Below are positions 15,101 through 26,969 of a stretch of DNA of 64,000 nt, one piece after another (positions within the stretch are counted from its first letter, which is position 1; each line of letters begins with the position of its first letter). The DNA is from Paraspadella gotoi (Eukaryota; Animalia; Chaetognatha). The DNA lies in NCBI GenBank assembly GCA_051294375.1, contig CM119265.1:18586631-18650630 (forward strand). The letters are read 5' to 3'. The notes under the pieces are model-generated. The model made no database searches and had not been told where the DNA came from. It was given only the letters and a program-made list of their open reading frames with translations. The position numbers and the translations under genes are program-made.

Positions 15101-15908
15101 TTATTATAACTTTTTGTAAGATTCGCCGAGTGCGTCCGCCAAGGTTTATAAAATCCGACGGGATTTTGAGACCTTACCTACGACAAGAAGCGGAAGGATT
15201 GCTATTGCTTCAGGTAAGAGACGTTTTCTGGAAATACGGTATATATAAATTTAAATACTGTATTGATTAAATAAATTATATTTTGGTTATCTTGGTTTAT
15301 TTTTAGGAAATAGAATCCGGAAAATATATGGCCACCGATAAGTTTATCGACAACTTTCCGATTGGTCGGGACACCAACAGCACGTTGCTCTTGACCGATA
15401 GGTAAACTATTTCAATGAAGTTTTGATTTCGTCTTGATCACCGGCATGCGTTTGCGCCCTACATCTTCTTTTTTACGAAGGCATTTAATGCTGGTGACCT
15501 ACAAAGAGTCACTGAAGCAAGCGAAGGCGCAATGGGCAGTAAAGTGGTCCAACTTTGCGATGCCACCGGCAAGGACCGAACACGGGATCCGATTTGAATT
15601 TTATGATCGGAAAAAGGCAACGACGGTTTTTTCGAAGAAAGGAAACATCGTCACGGAGGTAGAGACTCGAAAAGCTTGGTGAGCTTCTTCATATTTTAAA
15701 GAGTCAACGAGTTTGTATTTAAAATAAAATGAAGGTGCGGATACCGACGGAGGGCGCTGATCGCTTGATGGAAATTTTGCTTGATCAATATGAAGATATT
15801 AACGCGACTTCAAAAATCGATGAGTCTTCGTTTCGAACCTCCGAATTCGATAGAAGTTCCAGAGGTTCCTTTTCCTCCAGGGCGTCCAGCGTTTCGTCTA
15901 AGAAATGA
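132..15908 (+). CDS. VPS13: VPS13A/C-like lipid transfer protein, multi-exon, 5' end outside the window
   Basis: Exon peptides match VPS13 hallmarks: [91 protein letters not shown], the ATG_C-type GFFKGVGKGLIGAVARP, and RRVRPPRFI. GT-AG introns. Inferred stop TGA at 15906-15908. Assignment of the small 132-159 exon is tentative. Confidence 0.93.
354..584 (+). mobile_element. tRNA-headed SINE-like element copy 1 with twister fold
   Basis: tRNA-like region at 386-457 (GTGACCA/TGGTCGC acceptor stem, GGTTCTAGCC B-box-like), followed by a twister-like fold at 461-534. Aligns by eye with 767-1003. Confidence 0.75.
461..534 (+). ncRNA. Type-P5 twister ribozyme-like motif (degenerate)
   Basis: GCAGTT(P5)-AAAAGG-GA-CGG-GGCACT-TAA-CCC-GC-CTGTAACAC/GTGTTACAG(P3)-CTGA-TTCAAAGC(L4)-TCAG-GACTGC(P5'). 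Predicted scissile bond U484/A485. T1 and P1 are weakened. Confidence 0.62.
767..1003 (+). mobile_element. tRNA-headed SINE-like element copy 2 with twister fold
   Basis: Direct repeat of 354-584 at a 412-bp offset. tRNA-like region at 798-869 includes TTCGCCTCCCAACCGAAAGGTCCAGGGTTC. Confidence 0.75.
873..947 (+). ncRNA. Type-P5 twister ribozyme-like motif (degenerate)
   Basis: GCAGTT..GA-TGG..TAA-CCC-GC-CTGTAAC/GTTACAG-CCTAA-TCCGAAGA-TCAGG-GACTGC. T1 is CCG/UGG. L4 ends AAGA rather than AAGC, so T2 is broken. Predicted site U896/A897. Confidence 0.6.
12379..12509. mobile_element. Small MITE-like element
   Basis: Imperfect terminal inverted repeats GGGGAGTGCGGGGTAATTCGGAAC / GTTCCGAATTACCCAGCACTACCC, in a VPS13 intron. 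Confidence 0.55.
12521..13135 (+). mobile_element. DINE-1/HINE-like non-autonomous Helentron element
   Basis: 5' T-run plus hairpin GCCAGATCTGCTTACAGCAGATTCGGC, a GTCY microsatellite (~12669-12696), and a 3' end GCAGATCCGGCATTGTTTGCTCAAACTTGTT (subterminal inverted repeat plus stem-loop). Homologous to 29460-30356. Confidence 0.7.
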
Positions 15909-16828
15909 ATGGGAAGAGAGCCTACAATTATCAGTTTTTTTTTCATATCTTTTCCTTAATTCCGGACATTGCTACATTTTTTACAAGCAATTTTTGTTAA
16001 TTTATTGTAAAATCTAGTTTGTGTATGAAACTCTAGTCAAGCTTAAAACTTTTTTCTGTTTCTATTAGCAGGATTGAATCCTTGTCAATTAATGTTGCTA
16101 TGCTTCATTGTCTACAAAACTATTGCTGCGGCAGTTATGGGTTATCTTTTATATTAATCAGTTTTAACTTATACCAATTTATTATTAAAAAAAAACAACC
16201 AACTTGATCTAGTATATTACATGCCTTCGTTTGTTTTGTTACTATTTCTAAGAAAATAAGTTGATTTAAAAAATATTTATTTGTAATTTGGTAGGATAAG
16301 TTAGCTTTTAATTAAGTCATGAATTTCGTGAGCTGTTTTCATTATTTTTTTAGGAAAATAGTGGTTAAAAGAGCTATCTCGATTTTAACTCTGAATTCTT
16401 GAGTTTGAGAGCCAAAATCCAATAAAAAATGATTAGCATTAGGCTACCTCCACGCGGGAGCCGGATGATGGAGAACGAGATAAAATTGAAAAAGCAAAGA
16501 ATATTAATGAGCAAAATGATCGCGGGAGAAGCTCTATCATCTATGGCGGTTGAATTCAGATGCATTTCGATCTCGTTCAAAAAAAAAAAAGTTCGTCAAG
16601 TCGGGGATAAAATAAAGGAAAAGAAGTTAAAACCAGCTTCCTTGAACATCTAAAGTAAAAATCGAACCTTTAATCTTTACTATCTCCATCGTAAATCTTT
16701 ATTACGTGACCTTCGTCCCATTTGAGAGGGGGAGGGTAAACGTTTCCGAGTTTTTGCACCGACGAAATAAACGAAAAAGTGGGACATCCACGTCGCGATT
16801 AACCCACTTTCGACGTTTCGAGAACACC

Positions 16829-19775
16829 ATGTCGAAGCCTTTCGTCAAAGTCCTCGTCGCCTTTGCTTCGCTCGGAGGATTCCTCTTCGGTTTTAATACA
16901 AGCATCGTTTCCGGCGCTGCGCTACAATTGCGGCGTGATTTTGAACTCGAAACTGTATGGATGGAAGGTGATAAAGCGTGCAGTCAGACATGTGGTCAGC
17001 TTAGTTAACTGCTTATTTTTATGTCATTCGCTTGATATTAACAAATTTTATTACGGACAAAGTGACGGAATGTACCGATATTAAAGATAACTTGTGACTG
17101 CATTTTCAGGGAACTTCATTTTTTTAAATTTCTTTGATTATACTCATTTTTTTTTTGGTGGGGAACGAAAATATATTCCTTGACCTTTTGTCGACAGGGA
17201 TCGTGAGCGGTTTGGTCGCCAGCGCCTCAGTTTTCTCTGTCGTCGGCGGAATGCTTAATTCACGGTTTGGTCGCCGTTTCGTCATTTTACTCTCGAGTTT
17301 CGTATTTGTGGCCGGTGCGGTCGCTCTGAGTTTGGCCTCCTCCAAGGAGGCACTGCTAGTGGGACGCCTCGTCCTCGGCGTGGGTGTCGGCCTCGTCTCA
17401 ACCACAACGCCAATTTACATTTCGGAAATTTCCCCCAGTCGCGTGAGCAAAAACAACCCGTTTTGCGTAAAAATGTATTACATATGTATTACATATGTAT
17501 TACATTATGTACATTATGTACATTATGTACCATTGTACCTAATGATTCTTTTCAGTCCATTTTTGAGAATAGGCAAAAACTTTTAACAATCACCTCCCCA
17601 GGAACGCGGGCTTTTGACCGGCGTCAACGGTTTGTTTTTAACGGGCGGTCAATTTTTGGCTTGCCTCATCAACGGCGCCTTCATTTCTGTCACCGAGGGA
17701 TGGCGATTCATGTTCGGCATCGCTGCTTTTCCCGCCGCTCTTCAGTTCGCCGCTTTTCTTTTTTTTCCTGAGACTCCAAGATGGCTTCTGTTGCAAGGTC
17801 GGTCATTTTCTAGTTTTGAATATTGCATGAATTTAGAAATCTAATTCCGTAACTTATTCTTAAGCTTTCTTTTTTTCCTTTTAAATTGAATCGGAAGCTT
17901 CGCGTTCGAGGTGTAAACAAATTTCTACACAATGTTTTTCCTTCGTTTTTAAGGTGAGCGTGAGAAGGCGCTGGAGGTGATGAGAAAGTTGATGGACGAG
18001 GATGAGGTCGTCAAGGAGATGAACATCATCGTCAAGAACCAACGGGACGCTGATAACGAAGATCTAAGAGGTTTAAGAGTCCTATCAAAGGTCTTTTAAG
18101 ATGCACCCGCTTTTACTGAATAACGGAAAAATTCGAAGGAAAGATACGGAAATTAATAGGAGAATGAAAAAAAAATATGACCAGTACTATTCTGTTATAT
18201 TATTACTTGGATTCTTTTTTCATTCTCGATCCTGATATTGACAATAATTTTCCTTTCTATAGATGGCGCGCACTCGATGGCTCCTCCGAGCGCTGTGTCT
18301 CGGATGCGGACTTCACCTAATTCAACAGATCGTCGGAGTCAATGTTGTCATGTACTACTCGGGTGAGGTTTGGCAATGGGCACTGGGCACGGTGCAGTTG
18401 TGGCAATAAAAAAAGTCAGCAAGAGTTTGTTGTTTCCAGCTTCGATTATGAAACTCGGCGGAATCTCTTCGGACTCAAACGCTGTCTGGTTGGCCGCGTT
18501 GGTAGCCTTTGTTAACTTCGTGTTTACTTTCGTCGGCGTCATCGTCGTCGATAGGATCGGCCGTCGGAAGCTTACCCTCGGATCACTTGCCGGTAGGCTA
18601 CGTGCGATGGACACTTAATTTTTGTCGAACAATGTTCATGTGCATTTGTGCATTGGTGTCGTCGAAGAAAATATGGAAAATTTTAACCATATACAATATT
18701 ATACATATATTGTATAAAATAAATATATCATATGCAATGATTTGTTTCATTTTCTTGAACAGGCATCGTCATTTCCCTGGCCTTTCTCGTCGTTTCCTTT
18801 CAACTTTCATCTTCGACTTCTCCGCTCGTCAAAAGCCAGACCCGTCTCGACTTGGCCCGCGCCAACGCCACGGGATTTATCAGCGAAAATTCCGAGTGCT
18901 CTTCAGCGTACAATTGCGCCGAATGCGTGCGGCTTCCCAAATGTGGTTTTTGTTTCCAGAACAAGGAAGGCCGTTCCGCCGGTAAGCCATAGATCACCTT
19001 TTTTATTTTTTTTATTATCAATTACCAGTTAAATATAATTTTTTCGTTTTGTAGTCGCGGGCTGGTGCCTCCCCTTTGGGTCAAATTTTTGCAACACCAC
19101 GTTCGATTCAAGTTTGCAATGGGCTAAAGATGATTGTCCCTCATCTTTCGCGGCCATGTCTGTCGGTATTGTATACTTAGGCATACTTAATTTTTTGAGT
19201 ACGTATTAGGTTTTTTTAACTTTTTCTTCCATTTACAAAGTGGGTCTCGTTCTTTTTCTCGCTTTTTACGCACCCGGGATGGGAACTATGCCTTGGACCA
19301 TAAACGCAGAGATTTATCCGGCATGGGCCAGAAGTTCGGCGAACTCTTTCGGTGATTTATAATTATATTTACACTTTTACAGTATTATGAGTATATCAAG
19401 CCATTTCACTTTGACTTTCTATAGCGACCTGCACCAACTGGACAGTTAATCTTGTGGTCTCCATGACGTTCTTGACATTAATCGAGACTTTGTCCGGTCC
19501 TGGGGTCTTTTCTCTCTATCTCGCCTTCTCCTTGCTTGGATTTACATTCTTGTATTGGATTTTGCCAGGTTAAAAGAGTTAGCAGTATTAAATATCAATG
19601 CCTATCGATTAAGTATGTTTGAATATTTATATTATATACGTATTTTGAATAAAGACCGAAATTTCTTTTGAGTCATAAAAATTTATTACCATTTTTTATG
19701 ATCTTTTTTTTTTCCACAGAAACGCAAGGAAAAACATTGGAACAAGTGGAGTTCGTATTTAAAACTACGACTTGA
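16829..19775 (+). CDS. SLC2A13: Proton/myo-inositol cotransporter-like sugar porter (multi-exon)
   Basis: Motifs [66 protein letters not shown], a Cys-rich loop ([19 protein letters not shown]) typical of [20 protein letters not shown] and [11 protein letters not shown]. Confidence 0.88.
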
Positions 19776-21197
19776 CTTTATTTAAAAATATTTTAAAAAT
19801 ATGCTTTTGTGAAAATTCAAAAGGCGCTTTGAATTTCAATCAACTAGTGCTGTTGTTGCTGTTGTGTTGGTGGTTCTTTCTCATCAGAGAAAATATTTAA
19901 AAGAATTAAAAATATTTTCAATAATTACCATGTCTATAATTTTAGCTTGAGTTTTAAGAATGTGTAAATTTAGAAAATAATTAGGAGTTCGCTTGCTACA
20001 TCTCTCTAAATAGCACTATCATTGCGTAATTTAATTTGAGAAACGCATTCCTCTATTAACTCTCGAAGTTATCGCTTCGAAATTTGCCGCTTGAAGCTTT
20101 TTCCGCTGAGAGTGAATTCTCTTGAGGATGCGGCTAATCGCATTGAATGGCACGAACGTTTCTTTTGAGTTAACCGCGCCATCGCATCGCTTTGCCTCTG
20201 GCTGTGGCTTGATGTTCATTCGAACCACGTGTTTCCCGACGCTCCCTCTTCTCCGTCCTCAATCCTCATTCCTCAAATCCTCATTCTTCTCGCCTTCTTT
20301 GTTTACTTCTTTTTGGTCCGATTCAGCGTGCTTCCCAAGGCCTCCGAGTAGCGCGCGGAAAACTTTACTTTCAACCATCTGGTCCATCATAAAATCTCAG
20401 GAGTCGGTTTTGTATGTTAGTTATTTCAAATTAGTTTTATTTTTACTTATTAGTGAATTAATATTATTTCATATAATCAAGTTCTTCAGTGAGAAAATCC
20501 ATCGTGTTTCTTCGACAAACCATTATGCTGCTAAATCTTTTAAAAGATATTCTTGGTTGTCTTTTGTTGTCATGTAAAGTCAACTAACTTTGTTCATAAA
20601 AAATGACTGGAAAAAATGAAGATTAGCTCCGAGTTTTCCCAAAACCGGTTTAAATATTAAGTATCTGCCAACTCACCCTCCGTCCAAATTCTCTGGATTT
20701 TAATGTCTCGCTTTTCTGGTCATGTTTTTCACTCCTCGACCAATAACAAAATAGTTTGTTCGGAGTTGTCTTTAATGGCCATGTGGCCCTTTTAAATTGC
20801 GCGATTTACTACGTCACATTCTGCAAGACCATATGGAGGTCACGGTTGCGAACGATAAACCGCGTTATTTTTTGAACTGTCGACCTATGGATTACGACAG
20901 CATAAACTTGGACATTTACGACTTACGATTTTCTCTATTTAATTTACGTTTCACGAAAAATCCCAGTTTCATCATCTTCCGTGATGTGGATTCTCCCTCG
21001 AGTACGCATGGTTGTTAACATCCACTTCGGGCTCGTTTTCTCTCTTTTCTCTCATTCTCAATTTGCCCTTTTTTCAAAAGAAGCCCTCCTCGCACTTATC
21101 ACTAAAATTCTGCATTGATTTGATTTCTCTCATTTTATAAAAAATAAAAAACAAAAAAAAAAACAGCGTAAACATTAACTAATAACCCTTCTCAAAA

Positions 21198-24100
21198 ATG
21201 GGTGATACGGGGTATGCGCGCACGATGACTGAAGACCCTGATCAAAAGATTCCCCAAGAGTTCGAAAACGCATTCAAAGAGGTGAGTCTTCTGGAAATAG
21301 AATTGATTCAGGAACGGATATAATAACATATTTTATTATTTATAAAATGCATTTAAATAACTAGTAAGGCTTTCAAACCGACTCACTTTTATATATACAT
21401 ATATACGTAGATATATATATATTTTCGTTAAAGTTTTATTCAATTCAACCTTTTGATTGAATTTTTTCATAATAACGTTAAATTTGCTCTGAGAGGCGTT
21501 CTTGATGGAGACATTATAATTCACTATCCTCCCATAAGTCGTTTATTGGATGTTTTCTCACTCTTCATCCATAAAAGCAAGAAGAAATTTGCCAAAATCG
21601 CGGGCGTTGGTCGGGGCGATGGGACTTCCTGATGGCCGCTCTTTCATACGCCGTCGGTCTTGGAAATCTCTGGCGCTTTCCTTATTTGGTTTATCGCAAC
21701 GGTGGCGGAGCATTTCTCATTCCTTACATCATCATGAACTTTGCAGCAGGTTTCAGAGAACAATGAGTTTTCATGAGGAAAATATAAATGAAACCTAAGC
21801 TTCTATCATAATGAAAATCTAATTTGCGTTGCAGGGATACCGTTATTTCTGCTGGAAATGTCCATCGGGCAGTTTTCATCTTCCGGTGCCGTCAACGTGT
21901 GGCGTCTCTGCCCACTTTTTAAGGGAATGGGCGTGGCCATGGTCGCAGTTTCGGGAGTTGTCGCCCCATATTACAACATGATAATCGCGTGGGCCATGAT
22001 ATTCTTTTGCGAATCTTTTACTTGGACTCTGCCATGGTACGTAGATTGATGCGACATTTTGATTTTGTATATTTTTTTTTTAAATTGTGTAATAGAAAAC
22101 AATTTTTTTTAAAAGATGTTTATTTTTTTTTAAGGTCAACCTGCGATAATGATTGGAACTCAGCAAATTGTTCTTTACTCTTTGAACAAACTTTAAAAGA
22201 GCTGAGAAAAAATTGTACGCTCTCTTTTCCTGAGGCGAAATTCAAAAAGGGGAGCTGTATTTATAAGGTAATTATGTCAGTTTATCTTCCTATTAGTCAA
22301 TAACGTCTTTGAAAGTTATAAGACCAGGTCCTTCCCTTAGTTTCATAAGTAAATAAAAAATAATTCTAAATTATACTAAACTAATATTTAATGTGAAATA
22401 AGATCGTACTTTTTCTTCTTTAATCATTAGGATCCTATTTCGGGAAATATGACTTCATTGGAGATGATGAACGTATCCCTGGTCGGGCCAGCGGACGAGT
22501 ATTTTCACAAAGGAGTTCTCGACATGACCGAGGGATTGTTGGATCTGGGCGCAACACGTTGGCAGCTGTCGTTGGCTCTGCTTGGAACGTGGTTCCTTGT
22601 GTTTTTGGTTATCATGAAAGGTGCCACTTGTGATTTGCAAACTTTAAAATGAAAAAAACTTGTCCAAATTGAAAGCAATGAACAAGTACATTTGAACCTT
22701 GTTTTTAAGGTCCACAGTCTTCCGGTAAAGTGGCTTATTTTACTGCCATATTTCCGTACGTGGTGTTGTTCATCCTTCTGGCTCGTGGATTGACCCTCGA
22801 AGGGTGCATGAAAGGAGTTGAATATTTTATTTATCCCAAGTGGCACAAATTGTTAGAGCCCGCCGTTTGGGGCGACGCAGCCGTTCAGGTTAGATAAAAA
22901 AATATCTCAAACTCAAAAAGAATAAAAGTAAATTACGCGTCTCTGTATGATAGGTTACTTATTCGTTGGCCTGCGGTTGGGGCGGTATCCTTACCTTGTC
23001 CTCCTACAAAGACTTTCGGTCAAACATACTGCGGGAAACCTACTTCATCTGCGGAGTGACGGCGGCCACGGCAATCCTCTCCGGCTTCGTCATTTTCTCC
23101 GTCCTCGGCTTCATGGCCGAAGCTGTCGGGCTAGAGGTTGAAGACGTTGCCGCCCAGGTACAATGATCGCCGTTCTTTCTTTGTTACGGTTTTTAGTTGC
23201 GCCGCGAGTATAAAAACGCTTATAACTTGTTTATATTTGTTGCTCATTTATTAAAATCAAATTATGTTTGTTTTTAAAAATCTTAGTAGAAAAAACAAAG
23301 TTTTAATATTTTTTACAATGAATTTTTTTATTATTCATTAAAAAAATCATTAAAATTTTGTTTTTTTTACTATCAAACAACAACGAAAAAAAAAAGTTAA
23401 TACATCATATTTACAAAATTTTATAAACTATAAGGAATAAATGACATAAAGTAAAAAAAAAGTAATGCGGCGCAACACCTTGGAATACCGTTCCCTTGTT
23501 CGTTCTTTTTTTTCTGTTGATTTTTCTAACCTGAACCTCTTATCACTCAGGGGGCTGGTCTGGCTTTCATTGTATACCCGGAAGCTATTGCTCACATGCC
23601 GATATCTCCGCTGTGGTCCATATTGTTCTTTCTGATGATCATGACGCTGGGAATCGGAACTCAGATAGCCATTGTCACCACCGTAGTTGCCGCAATTGTC
23701 GACTCTTCCCCGAAGTTACGTCGCTTCCCCGTCACCGTCGCTTTCTGCATCGTCGCGTTTCTGCTAGGTGAGGTGGTTAAGCGAGGATTTTTTCGCATTT
23801 CTTTTCATTAATTCATAATTGTATTTGGATGACCTTACAATTCAGGACTGCCCCTTTGCACCGGCGGAGGCATGTACATTCTGCAACTGGTGGACAATTA
23901 CATCGCGGCGTGGTCCGTCATTATCATTTGCATTTTTGAAACGCTGATTATCAGCTATCTGTACGGAATGAATCGTCTTATGGATGACATCCAGTGCATG
24001 ATAGGTTATCGTCCCTCGAAAGTTTGGATGCTTTTGTGGGGACTGGTGTGCCCGGTAAGATTTTAATCTAAAGAGTTTTTTAAATTTTTTTCATTTTTTA

Positions 24101-24626
24101 TTTACTAAGCTTTTTTTTCACGAAGGTGACATTGCTTGCGATTTTAGTTTCAATTTTCTGGAAACTAAGCGAGGGAAAAGGATCCAAGTATGGAGTTTAC
24201 GAATACCCAAAGTGGGCGGATTCCCTTGGCCTTCTTGTCTCCTTTATTCCTGTGATGATGATACCGATGTTTGCCATTTTCCAGGTCTCACTTGCATACA
24301 ATTTGGTTTAGTGTCTCGCTTGTGTAACTTGACCGTCAACTATAATAAATTATTCAGATGGTTCAAGCCGAGGGCGATTTGATAGCGAAAGTCCGAAGTC
24401 TCGTGAAGCCTGCATCCGATTGGGGGCCCGTCAGCCCATTCGACCGAAGTCAGAGACTTCACATGTCTCCAACCACGGCTTCCAACATGCCTATGCTAAT
24501 TCATGCACAGGTTATTTTTATGATTTTATGTTTCTACAACTACAGCTAATTAAAAAATTGACTTTTTTTATGCTCCAGGATACAGTAGATACAAAAATGG
24601 CCGAAAGTTTGCGGGAAAAATCATGA
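21198..24626 (+). CDS. SLC6 Na+/Cl--dependent amino-acid transporter (glycine/proline-like clade; multi-exon)
   Basis: Motifs [86 protein letters not shown] and [12 protein letters not shown]. Confidence 0.93.
23196..23474. mobile_element. Small MITE-like insertion in an SLC6 intron
   Basis: Inverted termini GTTGCGCCGC / GCGGCGCAAC around an AT-rich, partly palindromic interior. Confidence 0.45.
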
Positions 24627-25444
24627 CACCATGGAGTCTTACAATCATTGGTTTACGGCGAGATAAAAGTGAAGTAATAAATATTACTAATCTATTTATA
24701 AAATAAAATGTGGCTATTTTGCCTCTTTTCATATTTCGTATCTCGTGCATTTGTTTACTCGATTTATTTACTGTTTCATTATGCTTTTCTTAAAACAAAT
24801 TGAAAAATTAATCTATCATTGAAGAATAATAAAAATTAGTACGTATCGAGTAAACGAAAAGTAACCGAGGTTCTGAAACATGAGAAAAAAATAATTTATT
24901 TTTAAGATAGTTGTTACATTTGTAATTCTCGTTATGAACGATCTCCATTGTACTCACTCCATACTACTGTTTCCCGTTCAAGATATTTTAGCTGCGCGCT
25001 GTCCTCTAGCTTCTTCATATTTGTGAGTAATAAAAATCTCGTAATTTTGTAATTTATGATCGAAAACTTATTCATAAGTGCATAAGTTGCATAAGTTATG
25101 GTTAGTGTAAATTGAGGTTTTTTAGTTACTCGAGCCAAAATACTCTTAGAAGAGAACTTTAAGCCATTCGATCTTACCTTGTGTCCCATCTCATCCCATC
25201 TCTTTGATAAGACTACATTTTATGAATTATTATTCCATCTCTTACTATGACCCCCACAATTAAATGATAAAACTTCCCCACACTAATTGCTCCCTTTCAC
25301 CCCGAGGAAATCATGGGATAAGCTACGTTATGGTCTGAATGCCATACTGATACGTCGCCAATATATTGTACGTCATTTATATGATTATTATATGGCGTTG
25401 GTCACAACCATTTTCAACACTAAACTACATTCAGAGTTCAAACG

Positions 25445-25484
<40 letters not shown>

Positions 25485-26419
25485 CGCCTCCTCCCTTCGC
25501 TCGGATTTTTGATTAATCAGCCGGGATTTGTCGATTCATTCTGTCTTGCTCGGTCATTATGATCTTCCTCCGAATAATTTTTATGCAATGATTAATGGAT
25601 TTGCCTTTATTCACGCTGAAATTTTTATAAATAACTGGTAATAAAAGCCATAGCCGATGAAATTTAAATGCTAATGTATACAGCGTTAAAATAATCTATC
25701 ATGAGCATAGATTATGCCCATGGTTTGATCTTTTCTTTTTCGTTGTTTTTAAAGATTACAAAGAAAATTTAGTAAATTTGTTAACAATGATTTTATTTTT
25801 ATAGTTGGTAACAAATTCATTAAATTTTCTTTGTAAACATAACATTTTTATTTAAATCTAAAAATGCAATGAAAAAGTTCAACACAATATTTCTAATTTA
25901 GACTCAATGGGGTGAGCCAAAAATTTAGAATGATTACATGCTCAAACGAAAATTTATACATTTTGAAGTATACTTTCAATGGACAAAACATTTCTTATGT
26001 GGCTCTTATGCGTATTCAACTCCGGGATCGCCACTTAATCAATATTTACTATCACGTTTTTAACTAGTGAAGCACAGTATAACATTTTAGTATTTAAATA
26101 TTCATCAATGCATAAGCAATGAAAAATTTTTTGGTAAAAATTTTATTTTTTAAGAACGGATTCAGATGGCCCAAAAAAAGTTAATATAATAATGCGTTTT
26201 TTAATATTTCGATGATAAGTGGGTCAAATAATGTACAAATTTCCTACCGGTATGAAAGCCCAGTGAATCTCTCTCTTAATTAGGGTTACATGTCCGAACA
26301 TTTTAGAAATAGCTGTGCGCCTTTCGTTTTTTTTCGTTCAGCGAAAATTCCGGCAGCTGAGGCCCGGCACTCTAATTTCCTCCGTCCGTCTAATCTCAGA
26401 GTCATGCACGAATTTTCTG

Positions 26420-26452
26420 AGTCTGTCAGTCAGTGCCACTGACTGACAGACT
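26420..26452. repeat. Perfect 16-bp-arm palindrome
   Basis: AGTCTGTCAGTCAGTG-C-CACTGACTGACAGACT. Confidence 0.85.
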
Positions 26453-26969
26453 GAAACGCCAAAGGTATCTGGGTCTTCGCCCTCAATATTGAATTATTGA
26501 TGATGATTCCAGTCGATCTTCATTTTTACCTAGCCCGTGTCACTGACTTCCCTTTATCTTCACTTTCCGTAATTTTCGTTATGAAATGACATGCTTTGGT
26601 AAGTACTTAAATAACGGTCTATGAATAAAAACAGCGGTAAAAATTTAATTTCGCCGTTTGAAAAATCACTTAAAAATGCTTATTTCGAATAAAATGTTTA
26701 AATGTATATATTTAAATGTTAACATCCTACGCCGCCCTAAAAACACAGTGAACCTTCATCAGTTCGTGCCAATTCCACTTGAAGAGAAACCCGAACCAGT
26801 CTCTCCAAAAGCGGTTTGTCAAAATCAAATCAATCAATTTTAAATGTCAATTTTGCCAAACTGGTTTTTCCAGACTTATCAACTATTTAACTTAAAATCT
26901 TTCTCCCATAATTAAATTTGTGATTCCTTTACGATTTTTCTTTGCTCGTTTAAGCTGAAATTCTTTGTT

